From NCBI RefSeq assembly GCF_009914755.1, contig NC_060947.1: a stretch of 64,000 nucleotides of DNA. The stretch is one strand, 5' to 3'. The position numbers were made by a program, and so were the translations under genes. The DNA is from the human T2T-CHM13v2.0 reference genome, Homo sapiens. A model generated the notes under the pieces. The model did no database searches and had not been told where the DNA came from. It was given only the letters and a program-made list of their open reading frames with translations. Below, piece after piece: positions 46,117 through 60,742 of the stretch (positions within the stretch are counted from its first letter, which is position 1; every line of letters starts with the position of its first letter).

Positions 46117-48402
46117 TCAAGGTGACACTCCTTTTCCATCACAATACTCTACTTGTGTGTATGGACCTATATATTTTATTGTTTCAAATACAAATTGTGA
46201 AGCTTATTAAGGAGAGTCCAACATTTCTATATATTCACTAGCTGTTTTTTCATTAAATATAACTTCAAGGCTCCAGGCTCAAAAATTGTTCCATTTTTAC
46301 TGATTGCATCATGCTATTTGTGCACAGCACACTTTTATTTTTGTCCGCATAGATTTGAAGCAATGGTTTTTTTACTCTGCCACACAATGCCACATCCCTG
46401 ACAGTAGGTAAGTTATGTTCTTTTGCATTTTTTACTCAAGAGCTATGTAGGTGGTATGGGAGATGAGTGGCGGCTATTGGAACAGACTGTGCATCAGACG
46501 CTATTTAAACCTCATCTATATGTGCAAGTTAAGAGTTACTATTTCCTGTTTCCAAAGTGAAAATTAGTTTTAATTTCTTAAATTTGTAATCAGAGAAGAT
46601 GTGGGTTATTGTTCTAAGCATCTTCTTTGGACTCTTCCAATGTTTTGGTAGCAAAGATTCAAATATTAGTAAGTCTAAATTCATCTTTTATTAATTTGGG
46701 TACTCCTGCTAGCCCAATCTTATTATTTTTAATATTAGTGTTAATGTTACTATTGGCTATGATTACAAAAGTATAAAAATAATATATTTAATAAAGCCTC
46801 ATCATGTGGCTTCAGTCTAGTTTTGGGAACCTGAAAGATATTATGAAAATTAAAGGTTTAGTATTGCTTCATTGAATCATTACTTAAGTCAAAGATGTTA
46901 AGCAGACTTAGTTATTATGATTAAATCCTTTCCACTCCAAGAATTACAGTACCAGAAATGTGCAATTTGTATACACACAAATTTACTTTTTGAGACTATT
47001 GAAAGGTAATTGGAAATAATTTCATACCTGAGGACAGTCTCTTAGAAAACATATTTGTGTGAGTCCTTGTTTATTTGGATCATACTGGAGTTGTAGGCAA
47101 CATATTTGTGTGACTAATATCATCACCATTGTCTCCATCATAATCATTATCAACAAGCTGGTATTAATTTTAAAAGTGTTCATTATACAATCAAAAAAGA
47201 ACTATATAGGACAGGACCCTGACTATTGAATATAATGAGCTTGAACCAAGGATTATGTGGCTTGCGGAAATACTGTGAGGTAAATGAATTTTGCCTGTGA
47301 CATACTTCTGTGTTCAGTTTCAGCAACTCCCACTTCATTTGAATCCCAAATGCTCACGTGAATAACTTTAGTTTCTGAATGCTAAGAGTATTCTGTCACA
47401 GAGAAGACTGTTTTCTTAAAAATATATGCTCCCAAGCTACCACTAGCTATGTATTTTTCTCATCAAATTTATTATTTTTAAATGTATTTCTTTGTGTCTT
47501 CCTAACTTTAGTATAAGGCTGAGAGGATATGACCTCATTTATCTGGTTCACCACATATCTTTGGTGCCCAGGAGAGTGCCTGTCACATTGTGCAATTTAG
47601 TTCAATAATTATCAAAGGAAGGAAAGAAAGGAAGAAGAAAGGGAGAAAGAAAGAAAAGAAAGAAGAATCTCCCGAGGTGTCCTGGTCTAAGCAAGATAAT
47701 AGGAGAAAAGAGAGTTTGATTTAAAAACACACTAAGCCTAGCTTGGTAGATATATGACATTTGCATTGTAAAGGTGTTGTTCATGATGCAATGTTACTGG
47801 TATAGTAAAGTTAGCGTTTATTCCATCCCTCATGGGGATGGGTACAGGTATATCACATGCTCTAAATTGCCAGGTCTGTTGACAGAATGCCAGAATGCCA
47901 AGCTGATAGCTTAGAACCTATAGCCAAAGATTTTGGTTGCATCAATAATGCAGAAAGCGATGTCTTAAGGACCATTATTCTGACAGTATGTTTTTAAGGT
48001 GAGCAATGCCAAGATAGACTGAAGCCTACAGTTAGATGGCACTATATATTTTATAAATTACAAGGTGATAAAAGTTCTCATTGTTTTAGCTTCTTAGCTT
48101 TTTTCCCTACTTTTCCCTATATATAAGTATCCATTAAGAAGAAGCTTTAAAAAAACACTAATTTCATTTTTATCTCTTTCATAGTATCAATATACCTTCT
48201 CCCAATTGCAGAAGACATCATGTTATACTAGAATTCACATTTGGATCAAGGCAAGTGTGAGTTCCAATTTTGGCTTTGACATTTACTAGCTGTGTAACCT
48301 TGGATAGGTTACTTATGTTTCAGAGTTTCAGTTTCCAGATCTCTGGAGAGAAAAGAATACCTACCTTTAGGATTACTGGAAAAAGTAAAAATTGTATTTG
48401 TA

Positions 48403-48732
<330 letters not shown>

Positions 48733-48844
48733 TCATAGCTACATAATAAATGCTAATCCTTATTTTAATATTTTAACATGTTATATTAAAATATAACAGG
48801 AATATTCTTTAGTTTTCTCCCTGTACCCAATGGTCAATATTCCA

Positions 48845-50170
48845 TCTTTATCATACTTGACCTGTGGGTAACAATTGCACAATGGATCAGTCCTTGTCCT
48901 TGTTTATTTGGATCATACTTGACTTGTGGGCAACACTTACACAATGGATCACTCCTCCTCAGTACATTTTCTTTACCTGGCTTTGGGGACAGCACAATCT
49001 CTTGGTTTAACTTTTTTGCTCCTTTTAATTCTTTGCTGGGAAAATGCTCCATGGTTTAACTCTTGGCTGTCTTCTCAGTCTACACTCACCCCTTAGTGAT
49101 TTCATTCACTCACTCTCATGGCTATCAGTATCCTTTTTGTCACCACCTCTTAAATTTATATCTACCTTGGTAACTTTTCTGATTTCCAAACACATATATC
49201 TAACCACTTATTTGACATCATCAGCTATTTGACATTTGTCACTTACTTTGTCCAAAACTAAACTTCTTTTTTCCCTCCCAAATCTACTTTGTTCGCAATT
49301 TTCCCATCTCGATTGATGTCAGTTTCATCCTTGTATTTGTTCAGACCCAAAACCTTGAAATCACTCATCATTTCTCTCCCTCTCTCACAAACCACATCCA
49401 GTCATCAAGCCTTGTTGGTACTATCTTTACCCAGATCTAGAATTTAACCACTTCTCATCACCTCTACTGCTATTATCCTGTGGAACCCTCCATCATCTCT
49501 TTTCTAAATTACTGCAAACCGCCAAACTGACTCTATGCCTCTGTTATTGTTTTCTACAGTCTGCTCTCAATATAGCAGCTACGGTTGCCTTTTGAAAATG
49601 GACAGGTTGTGTCACTCTACTTTTCAAATCCCTGCAAAGGTTGCTGATTTTACTTGGAGTAAAAGTAAAGTTCTTATAATGGCCTAAGGAAATTCGCCTA
49701 CATTACTTCCTTGATTTCATTTCCCCGACTCATTCTCTCTTTTCTAGCTCTCTCATTTCTCACCACTCTCAACTTGCTGTTCTTTGAAGGTGACAGGTAA
49801 GTTCTTGCCATAGGACCTTTTCACTGGCTGTTCTCTTTGTTTGGAGCATTATTTACCCAGAAGTCTCAAGGCTAACTTCCTCACTTCCATCATTTTTGGC
49901 TTACCTGTCATCTTCTCCATGAGACCTACCCCGACCACACCCTCTAAAATTTCAATACACTCACCTCCACACTCCTGATCTCCTTATCTGGTTCTACTTT
50001 CTAATTCTTTTAGGTACTTCTTACCATGTAACTTTTTTATAAGTTATTTATTATTCTTATTGATTATTGCTAGAGTTTAAGCTCCACAAGAGCAAAGATC
50101 TTTGTCCTTTTAGTTCACTGAAGTATCCCAAGCACTGAGAATGCTATATGTAAATTTGGTAAAATAAATA
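48845..50170 (+). mobile_element. L2 (L2a-like) 3' portion
   Basis: Pyrimidine-rich L2 motifs and the 3' end TAAGCTCCACAAGAGCAAAGATCTTTGTC...GTTCACTGAAGTATCCCAAGCAC. Confidence 0.75.
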
Positions 50171-50586
50171 TTGTTGTAAAATAAAGATAATTTTCTTACC
50201 TAGTGTTACTATTGTGAAGGTTTAAATAAGATAATGCAGTTAGAGCATTTTTTCACAGGGCCTGACATAAATTAAGGGCTTAATAAATGGTCGCCATTAT
50301 GAAGTGTCTCATGGCGTAAACACACATGGTATACACCAAAAATCAAAAGTATTACAGCATGAACCCTTTTTCTCACATTGAAGTTTTACCAATACCACAG
50401 GCATATAATATCTTCTCTAGGTATACACAAGCATATCTTATTGTTTCATGCTCATCTAGTAAAGATAAAGATATGCTAGCATTCAGCAGTAGCTGACAGT
50501 TCACATATGTCAGTGAAATAAATTGACACTGTTCTTTTTTACTTTATACCAATTAAACTTCATATAATTTAAAAAGTTGGTGACAA

Positions 50587-50674
50587 ATATTCTCTAATAA
50601 GGATAATTTTAAAAATATCACTATAAGATGATATTCTCTAATAAGGATAATTTTTAAAATATCACAATAAGATG
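50587..50674. repeat. Tandem duplication, 2 x 44 bp
   Basis: ATATTCTCTAATAAGGATAATTTT(A/T)AAAATATCAC(T/A)ATAAGATG twice, 42/44 identical. Confidence 0.95.
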
Positions 50675-53580
50675 ATTTATAAGATTCCTGAGAGCTCCCT
50701 AAGAATTAAAGAGCTAACAAAAAAATGATATTCCCATTATGCATTTTAATGAACAACCAATTTTCTTCTTTTTGTAGATTTCAATGACAACTTGGAGAGT
50801 TCAACATGTTTAACATTTTTGATTCTTTTCCATGTTTTATAAATAGAAAAAAATAAAAATGATTGTAATGAGGTATTCTTATGTGCATCACAAATGTAGG
50901 TTTTAGTGTGCGGGATTCAATAGAAAATAAATACTTTCTTTTTCCATCTTCATTTGTGAAAATACTGAAAAATAGTTATAACGGAAAGTCTTTTGTAAAT
51001 CAAAACAAAAAGTATTATTTCTGAATACTGAATAGATGTTCTCATCTTGTCTATTGCCTGATCATCTAGTTGCTTAGTCTAATCAAATACATTTATTCTT
51101 CTATGTTTCATTCGCATAGCTTAGTCTTTTCCAGAGAATTTACGAATGTTTTACTGCATGCCAAACCTTGGGTAATTAAAGTCGACGACAGAATGTGCCC
51201 ATAGTTTATTCTGTAGATCTGACTGTAGATGCAGAGGCTTACATTACATTTGGGGTGAATGATAAGCTTATATTATTTTCTTCTTCTACTAAAAATATTT
51301 TAAAGATATAGATTCTAGAATTCACTAAACAGGTAATTTGTGAATAAATATATTGCCATTTTTTAAAATTGCTCTTTTGTTCTCTCATATGTTCATCATG
51401 CAGCTTAATTTCCTTTCTCCATGTTTGGGATGGTCAGGTAGTCACCACTTCCCACTAAAGTTCGTTAATTTTTCAACCACCAGAAAAAAAGGTGAGGAAT
51501 GAAAGAAGGAGAGGAAAAGAGAAGAATGGCAAACTCCACGTAATTGCCTGAATGCTACCTTAGATCTAAATGTTGTAAGTTTTCCTCTAACATTTTAGAA
51601 AGAATCACTTTTTTTCAAGCATTTTTATTGCCACTCGTGCCTACTTTACTTTGTTACTCCTCTGCTGCTTGTGGGTGGATGGAATTTGACTATTTCAGAA
51701 TAGTTACTGGTGGGTGGGTTCAAGAATCTCTAGTGGGTTGAGGAAAAAGCCATGTTTATATAGATAGTGATCCTTCTATTAAAATCCTAAGAGTGAGTAA
51801 TATTTAATAGCTATGTTCACCACGCACATAGCAGAGTCCATCTGTACAGAAACTGAGGGTATCTGAAAAGAATTCCACGGGAGTTTTGGCTTCCTATAGA
51901 GTTTGCACGCAGAGGCTCTAATCTCCCAAATTAAATTTTGTGACTTGATGGATAGACAAGGTTTCTTTCCTGAGGGCATGACATGGACCTGGATGCCTAC
52001 TGGTCTATACAAGTGTAAGATGCTATGAACCTGTCAAGACTTAGCTTTCCCACTATAGTGGATCATAACACACAGCTTTAGTGCCTTGTGTACAATGCTT
52101 TGACTACAGATGTAAAACGTTTAGGTTGACTGGCTTTAAATTGTGGGTAGCTGTGGTAAGGGTAATCACATGATCTACTTAGATGCCAAGTGAGTGAATT
52201 CTCTTCTTTGATTTGAAATCCAGTTCTTTTATATATATATTTGAGTACAGAGCTGGTAGCAGCCAGTGATGCAATGTACACATTGAAAGTGCCATAAATT
52301 TAGAGATACTTTCTGTATGGCCAGACCACGGGAAATGACAGGCCTTTCAAACTATAGACTATTTTAGATGATTGTTCTTGAAAGACCACTTCACTTAATG
52401 TGATATTTGGATTACAATAAATTCTAAATCATTGTGTTCTCATTTCTTTCTTTTCTATACTGAAGAAAATGCCTTACCTTAATCTTTACCACTTACCTTA
52501 ATCTTCAGAGATTGAGTAGTCATTGATGTTCATTACCCACTTTATTGCAGCAATGCTACTATCAAAGCATGAGATTTGGGTAGCTGCAACATGTGTACAG
52601 CTGAATTCTAAGTTTTGCAGGCAGAACACCAGTGGTCAAATTACATATATTGTGTCATAATTATTAAAAAATGTAACATATGAGGACAATTAAAGGTCTA
52701 AATAATTTGAGATAGACAGCCCATTTTAAAATAACATTTTACTTTCATTTTATTGGCAAGTTTTAAGACCAAAATTTAAAAGGACCAAAAATGGACATAA
52801 TTTAGATGTGCATTTTAATGAAGAAAGAGAAAATGCTAAATGATTTGGAAAAAAAAGATATTTAGCATGATGCAACTTCTATAAATGTTTTTTTTCTCCT
52901 GTTCTTTAAAGAATGAAATAAAGTTACATGTAATGGACGGTATTAAATTCAGACTGGCATTAAGATGTGAATGTTTTAAATAAGTGACATATTTTAATTT
53001 GAAAATTTGAATCTAATATAAAATGCAAATTGCAATAGCCCTTAATGTAGAAAAAGGGAAAAATGTAGTGATTGAGTTTGGGGGAATTGTAACTTGGGCA
53101 GCTCTAGCCAGCTGCAATGATGAACAAGGCTTCCTTTATTATTGCTTCAAGAAAAGCTATTGAGTGTCTAGCACAAAGTAGCTGCTTGAATACGGGAATA
53201 TCCAATATCCCTTTGAGAGGCGTATTTGATTATACATTTTCCCTTTACCCTCTTGTTTCTTTCTAACTCTCCAAGTTCCACAAAAAGCCCCAAGATCACT
53301 GTTGTTATTATCATTGGTGTTGTTTTTTGACCCAGAGGTTATACCACTGACAACTACTGTTACCTATGTAAAATGATCTCTATCAATCTTTGACTAAATT
53401 TATACCTGATCCTGTTGTTCTTTTGTTTAAAATCTTCCCATAAATCTTTGGTCCTTACAGGATTATCTGTAAGAGGGTTAGCCTGGCAGGCATTTTTTTT
53501 TTTTTTACAATCAGATTCAACAGAGTTCTTTTTTGGCTTCATTTCTCACTTTGATCAAAATGACTTCTCAGCATGCATGT

Positions 53581-53584
<4 letters not shown>

Positions 53585-53624
<40 letters not shown>
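53585..53624 (+). repeat. (AC)20 microsatellite
   Basis: Seen directly. Confidence 0.97.
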
Positions 53625-53626
<2 letters not shown>

Positions 53627-55857
53627 CATACCTACCTCTCTGATATATGCTTCCTATTAATTTCTGCCTAGAAAACTCTTACTCATCCTCTAATACCCAT
53701 CTCAGATATATCTCTTGTTTTAACCCTTCCTTAATGTCTCTGGTAGAATGTGTTATCCAATAACCCTCCCTGTCCCCCGACCCCACTCAACCCCAATGAT
53801 CAGAGAACATATTCCTGTTAAATCACCTATTTTACTGAAATTATTTCATTTGTCTCTCTCACTTTTTAGAATGGAATCTTCATAAGGCCTGAGATGCTAT
53901 TTATTTAGCTCTGAAAAAACTAGCCTTGCATACAAGTCTTGTCATAATAAGTCCTAATGAATAGTTGATTGACTGAATGAACGGATCTTCACTTGTGGAT
54001 TTTGCACAACCTACAGTTGTGGGTGCCAACTCAATGTGCAGAGTTGGAAGCTGTTTGTAGCTCTGCCAGTCAGTTTTATGTTCTGCCAGCACATTCTTGG
54101 TTGTTGTACATTCCCCACTGATAGGATTTTACCCAACAGTACTTGGCTTGATTACAGTGTTCAAAATTGTTTTTCACCATGTCTGGGTTTTTTTCCCCTA
54201 CTCGACTTCATTCTCTCAGTTTCTGTACAGCAGGCATCTGGGACATCCTGTTGTTACCCATTCCCCTCCTGTACCTCGCCCATCCAAGTAACTTTGTGAG
54301 GAAAGGCTGGGAGACTGGCCAATTTCCAGCATCTTGTTGCTGGTGATCCTGTATTACTGTAGGCATATAAGTGGTGAACCTGGGCATGCTGCCATGGCTA
54401 GCAGTGAAGGTGAATGCATTCCGGTGCCAATAAGGGCTAAGGCATGGAAGTAAATCCATGCAGAATTGACTTTGTCAGTGCTTTCTAGTAAAGGAGGAGT
54501 TTATACATGGAAAGTATATCGGTAGCAGTTAGCATCATTTTGTCCCTTATAGTTCTAGATGAAAGAACACCAATATTTTTTTACCTTAATTGCCTAGTAA
54601 GAATCTGATGTTCGTAGAAAGTTCTGTACCCTTGTTGCATTTGCTGCCTAGCTCAGCTCCGAGACAGGAAACTGAATTAGGTATACAGTCCTAGAAGTCA
54701 CTGTTGCTCAAACTTGAATTGCACATGGATCATTAAGGGATTTTAATTCAGTAGGTCTGCGGTGGAGCCAAGATTCTGCATTTCTAATAAGCTCTCTGGT
54801 GATACCATGATGTTGATATTGTTGGTCTGAAAAATTCACATTGAGCAGCAGGATGTAGAGGGCAGAGTGAGCTCTTTGACAAGCAGTGCCAGCTAATGCG
54901 CGTACCCTCTACATCTTGAGTGCCTCAACAATGCCACAGGATGACAGAGCATGCCAAAACACAAAATAAATCAGTTCCCTCATCACCACTGCATGTTAGT
55001 TCAGAATGTTACTGACGGTGGTGGAAGCATCCCTGAGTTAGTGTTCTCCCTCCCACAGAGCTCATTTAGATTCTTTGTGGAGAAGGGAAGAGGTTGGCTT
55101 CCCCACCAAATCTTTGTTGAAAATGATTTAACACATTAAAAGAGCAAATCAGTATCTTAAGGTTTAAACTTCTTAGCTGCAGAGGAAGTTAAGTTCAGTT
55201 CCCAAGGACTTAAGGGTTCAGTGAATTTTCACCAGGTTCTTTTTTCACCTAAACTTCAAGAGCGCGGTAGGAGAGCCATCATTTATTGAGTTCCTGCTAT
55301 ATGTGGGCACTGTTTGTTAGGTGCTGGAGGTACAAAGAGGCATCACACATAATCTCTTGCCCGAGGGAGTTTACAATTGACTCCATTAAAGGTTCAAATT
55401 TTGAGGATAAAGGTGTGTCTTATTTGACTTTATATTTCCCAAAGTGTAAAATTAATAACTGCCTATTAACTAAAATGTTGCTAAACCACAGCATAAGAAG
55501 AGTGTATTTTAAGGCTAAATCATGCCACAAATTATGACATGGTTAGTATAGTTACAAGTGACAATTGCATGCCATTTCCATTCTGTAAATCAGAGCTTCC
55601 TAATACTGCTTTAAACACAAAATGTGCCGTTGGGCAAATGCTGTATTAGCACCACTAGTACTCTGTTTTTCAAACTGCAAAGGGCATCCCAGAGTTTTAA
55701 TTTTGTTTCTTGGTGTAAATTTATATGTTCTTTGGATAACCACCCAATTTGTCCATGTAGCCAAGCTTCTCATAGGAGAGATGACAGAGGGGAACAGATA
55801 ACTGTAGAACACAAGATAAAATATGATGAGGGCCAGGACACTGAAACACAGATAACG

Positions 55858-56040
55858 TAGGTATCAATAAACTACTACCCATGACCCAAATCCAGCCAGC
55901 CACCTGTTTTTTTAAATAAAGTTTTATTGGAACACAGCCATGGCCATTCATTTAGGTATTATCTATGGCTGCCTTCATGCTACAACTGCAGAGTTGAGGA
56001 ATTGCACCAGAAACCATATATGGCTTGCAGAACCTAAAAG
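55858..56040. mobile_element. MER58A-like hAT element
   Basis: AAATAAAGTTTTATTGGAACACAGCCATGGCCATTCATTTA...TATGGCTGC motif. Confidence 0.8.
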
Positions 56041-58836
56041 CTATGCCTTAGAGTCTAAGAAGCAGGCTTTCTAATATTTGTGGGGTCAGGGCAAGAAAAC
56101 AAAAAGATACCTTCCAACTATGACCCGCCACTCTGCTGTTCTCACCCTGGCTCTGTCCTGCACTGCGAGAGGTCTCAAATACACCCTACTTATATGTAAG
56201 TTCCATCTACTATCCTCACACTCCTGCTTCACAAACACCTGTATCTTGACCTTCTTTCAAAGAAAGGGGTGCACACACAAACATTGGTGTCTGCCCTCAG
56301 AAAGTAAACCAATGGAAGAGGCCCATAGAGGCCCTAGAAGTGGTCCCAGGGACCCCGGGCGGGGCGTTTTAAATTTTGGGGTGGCAGATAGTGTTCTGAA
56401 AGATAAAGGACAATGGCTTTGGGCAGGCACACCTCCTTGGTTCCCCTAGACTCCTTGTCCCATGGCTAAGGCATGGCAGGAATAGGGCCAGAGTAGCACC
56501 CCCTAAAGGGAGGGGCAGGAAACAGGTTTCTCTGCCTGAGTATGAGGGTGATATTGTTAAGGAGTCCTGTTTAAATTGGCTAGGCAAGGACACTATTATT
56601 ACAAACAGCTTTTAGCTAGTGCTTGATGATTATGAGAACACTGTTGTGCACAAATGGTGAAGAGAGGTATTCTAAGGAGAGGAAACTTTATGAGCAAAGT
56701 CATAGAGATGAAAAAGCTTTAAACACTAGTAGAGAATGGCTATAAAAGATGGATTTTTACACCTGTGAAAATATATACTATATCATTTTATCTTTGCAAC
56801 AGGCTCTAATGGCTAGTATGGAAACTTTTCTCTTCAGTGGGGAGAAATTGAACCATATATTAGTTAAAATTAGAACCTGGAAACCTGAATGCTTGTTTGA
56901 ATGGCAATGCTATCAAAAATATCTTGGGCAAATCTCGTAACATTTCTGCCTATCAGTTTGGAAGATTAGGGACTCTTGTCATATAGATCTATGATGATTA
57001 ACTGTGTGGAGGGTATCACTGTAAATACTAGGAATTTGTTGTGTGCTTTAAAAGTGTTTCAGTGTGATTTGGGAGAGAAGAGAAAGAAAACCCAGCTGTA
57101 AGTTGAGAACCAGTGCTCAGCTGAGATAATGGCTCAGGTTGCCTTTATTTTAAGATTAGACTTAAACTAAAAATCTTCTGTTAATTAGTGGCTGAGCTGG
57201 AATTAGCAAATAGTCCTGGTCCTCTTGACTTTGGGCCCTGTTGTTTGTCCTGTGTATCAGATTTGATAATCAGCAACATGGGACTGGATACAAAATCTAT
57301 TAGCCTGTGGGAAACAGGGCATGTATTAGACCAGTGGTTTTCAAATCTTGGTGAAAACAGTAATCCCCTGGTGAGTTTTCTAAAGTGCTAATCCCTTAAC
57401 CAAAGGTGAGGGACTCTGATTCAGAAGGACGGCCTGAGGCCTGGGAAGCTGCATTTTAAAAACATCGGTAGAAATTTGGATAAAGGTAGTCCTTGGGACT
57501 CATGTTGAAAAGCAGTGGTTTAGAATGTGCTTTCTTTCCTTTTGGACAGAAGCTCTGTACTGAAGAGCCTTTAGTCTGTGAAAGACCTGAGTTATTTCTC
57601 CAGGGAAGGTGACTGTCTTTGGCTGAACCATCCACATTCTCTTGCCCAGTTCCTCTGAGGTCTATGGAGTGCCCATATATGAGACTAAAGTTAAGGAGTC
57701 ACCTCCAGCCACGGGACAGAAGGCAGTTTTCTGACCTTATCAGATTTTATCATTGCCATACTTTAACTTGCTGAGCTAACCAGCCACAGTTTTGTTGGAA
57801 CTCACCATGGAGACAGATTAATTTTAACTCTGAGAGAACATGGGCTTTTCAACACAAGTTAAATATAGGCTGGCACAGAACATCACAGAAGCATTAGGTC
57901 CTCAGAAATTTTCTTTAGCTCCCAAACTTTGAGCTGCCACTAATTTATGCTACTCATACTTTCTCCTGGTCATTTTTATGTTTTTGTCTTCCTTTGATCA
58001 CTGAAACAGAGAAGGCAGTACTTAACCTGCTGGAAACAGGTCATCTATGAGCATGTTTCTCCTAAACAATTACATGGAAAATTAATGGAAAGAATAGGCT
58101 ATATGTCTTAGGCTCTTGGGCAGACCATAAGCTTTCGTTCTTGTTTTTTTTATGTTTTCTTGGGTGAAAAACTTAGCTTAAAGAAATATGAAATGCATTT
58201 AAAAATTAATTTCCACAAAACCAAAGTGCTGAGATTTGACCAAATGAAAAAACTTGGAGGTAAAAACACTGCACGGTTCCATGTGTAATAGTTTTTTTTT
58301 TCCTGGAACTAAAGAGAGCACACACATATTCACACAATTCCTACCTTTAGCAGATATTTCATTAAAACACCACACAATTTAAATGTTGATAAGACCTTTT
58401 CAAATAGAGAAATTAAAATGATACCTTATTAACTTTCATTATAGGGCATTAATAATTTTTGTATTTCTGATTAGAATATGGATTTTTGTTAATGTGGTGA
58501 TTTTCAGTGGCAGTCATGTTCAGTGCAAGTGTGTTCTACAATAATATTGAGAAATAGGAGATGAAAGTTAAAATACTGGTGATGATGGGCCACATATGAC
58601 CTACACGACGATACACAGTAGTGTTTCAAAATACCAATAATTTAATAAATTACTAATACTAACAAATCTGTGATAAGATAGGAATTTTTAGTGCTTCGAA
58701 TATTGACCTCCCTAAGTTACATTTCAATGCCAGTTGTACAATACTAGTATTGAACTAGTGAGGATAAGAGTACTAGAGGCCATTGCTTGTGTTACAGTTC
58801 ACATCCCGGCTTTATGACCTTTGGTGACTTACATAA

Positions 58837-59150
<314 letters not shown>

Positions 59151-60368
59151 AACTGTTGTCTGTTTTTTTTTTTTTTTTGTTTTTGTTTTTTTTTTTTTTA
59201 CCTACAAATTGAATGAAATTACTCATAGGGTTGATATTAATATTAAGAGAGATCACATATGTAAAGAGCTTAGTACAGTGTAGTATAGTGCAAGTAGTTA
59301 ATAAGAGTTAGGTATTAGCAATATATTATAGTTTCATAATTTTTCTTCTAAAAACCAATTGCCAAAGGATGTATTCCTTTAGTTGAAATACTATAGCTCG
59401 ATTGTGTATATAAACATATACATTAATTTGTAAAAGTCAGTTTAAAAATAAGTATAATGGCATTTTTGAAACATAGCCCTATAAATAATAAACATGCTTC
59501 CAAGTTCTCAATGGATGATAAAAGCCATCAACAGGCCCTTGTCCTGCTGAGTTTCCCTGTGAAGCCAACAGCTCAGCCAGCCCCTCAAAGGCCATGGAAG
59601 CTTGAAGGTCAGACACTGCGTGTAGGGGTCACCTGCAGATTTAACTCTTAAATGCGAGTCGCTTAGATCTGTGGCTGCATCTATTTCTGTGAGGTACCAG
59701 ACGTCTTCTACATTTGGAACATTGATGATATGATAAAGGAAGTCATGCCAATAATCATACCCAAAGCTGCTTAATGAAAGGAAGAATGGAGAGTCACACA
59801 AACATCACCTCTTAGTAATAGAAACTTGACTGGGAGACCCAAGCGAGGCCCCTTCTACCACCAGCATTCAAGCTGCATTAAACTAAAATGTCAAAAATAC
59901 TTAAATAATAGTAATAATAATAATTGTGTTTAAGGCCATATTCACTGATCAGTGGTCCTTTATTGATTTAGATCTTTACAGAAGTGGAGCTCCTGAGTTC
60001 ATTGCTTCATCCAATTCCTCGTTTTTATTATTTGAGAAAGGCACTCCCCCAGGGGATTTGACAGATTCACATATGTAGTTCAAAATGGTTGATTAGCATG
60101 TCATATGAAAACATATCAGAAGGACTAAGGGCTCTTGGACAGATTACATTTGTAGTTTTCCTGATGTCTTTCAGGCCTATCATTTTGTCATAAAATGAAG
60201 TTGAAAGGGTCTGAATATGTAGACTTCTTACAGGCTCCATGGAGACTTCTCACCACTTCTGTTTTCTGGTACGTGCTTAGAAAACGACTATTTGTTCCTG
60301 GATTTATGTACAGATCAAAGCATCCTGGCTGATTTGTTATTTTCTAGAATTTACATTTAAAAGCGTGA

Positions 60369-60742
<374 letters not shown>

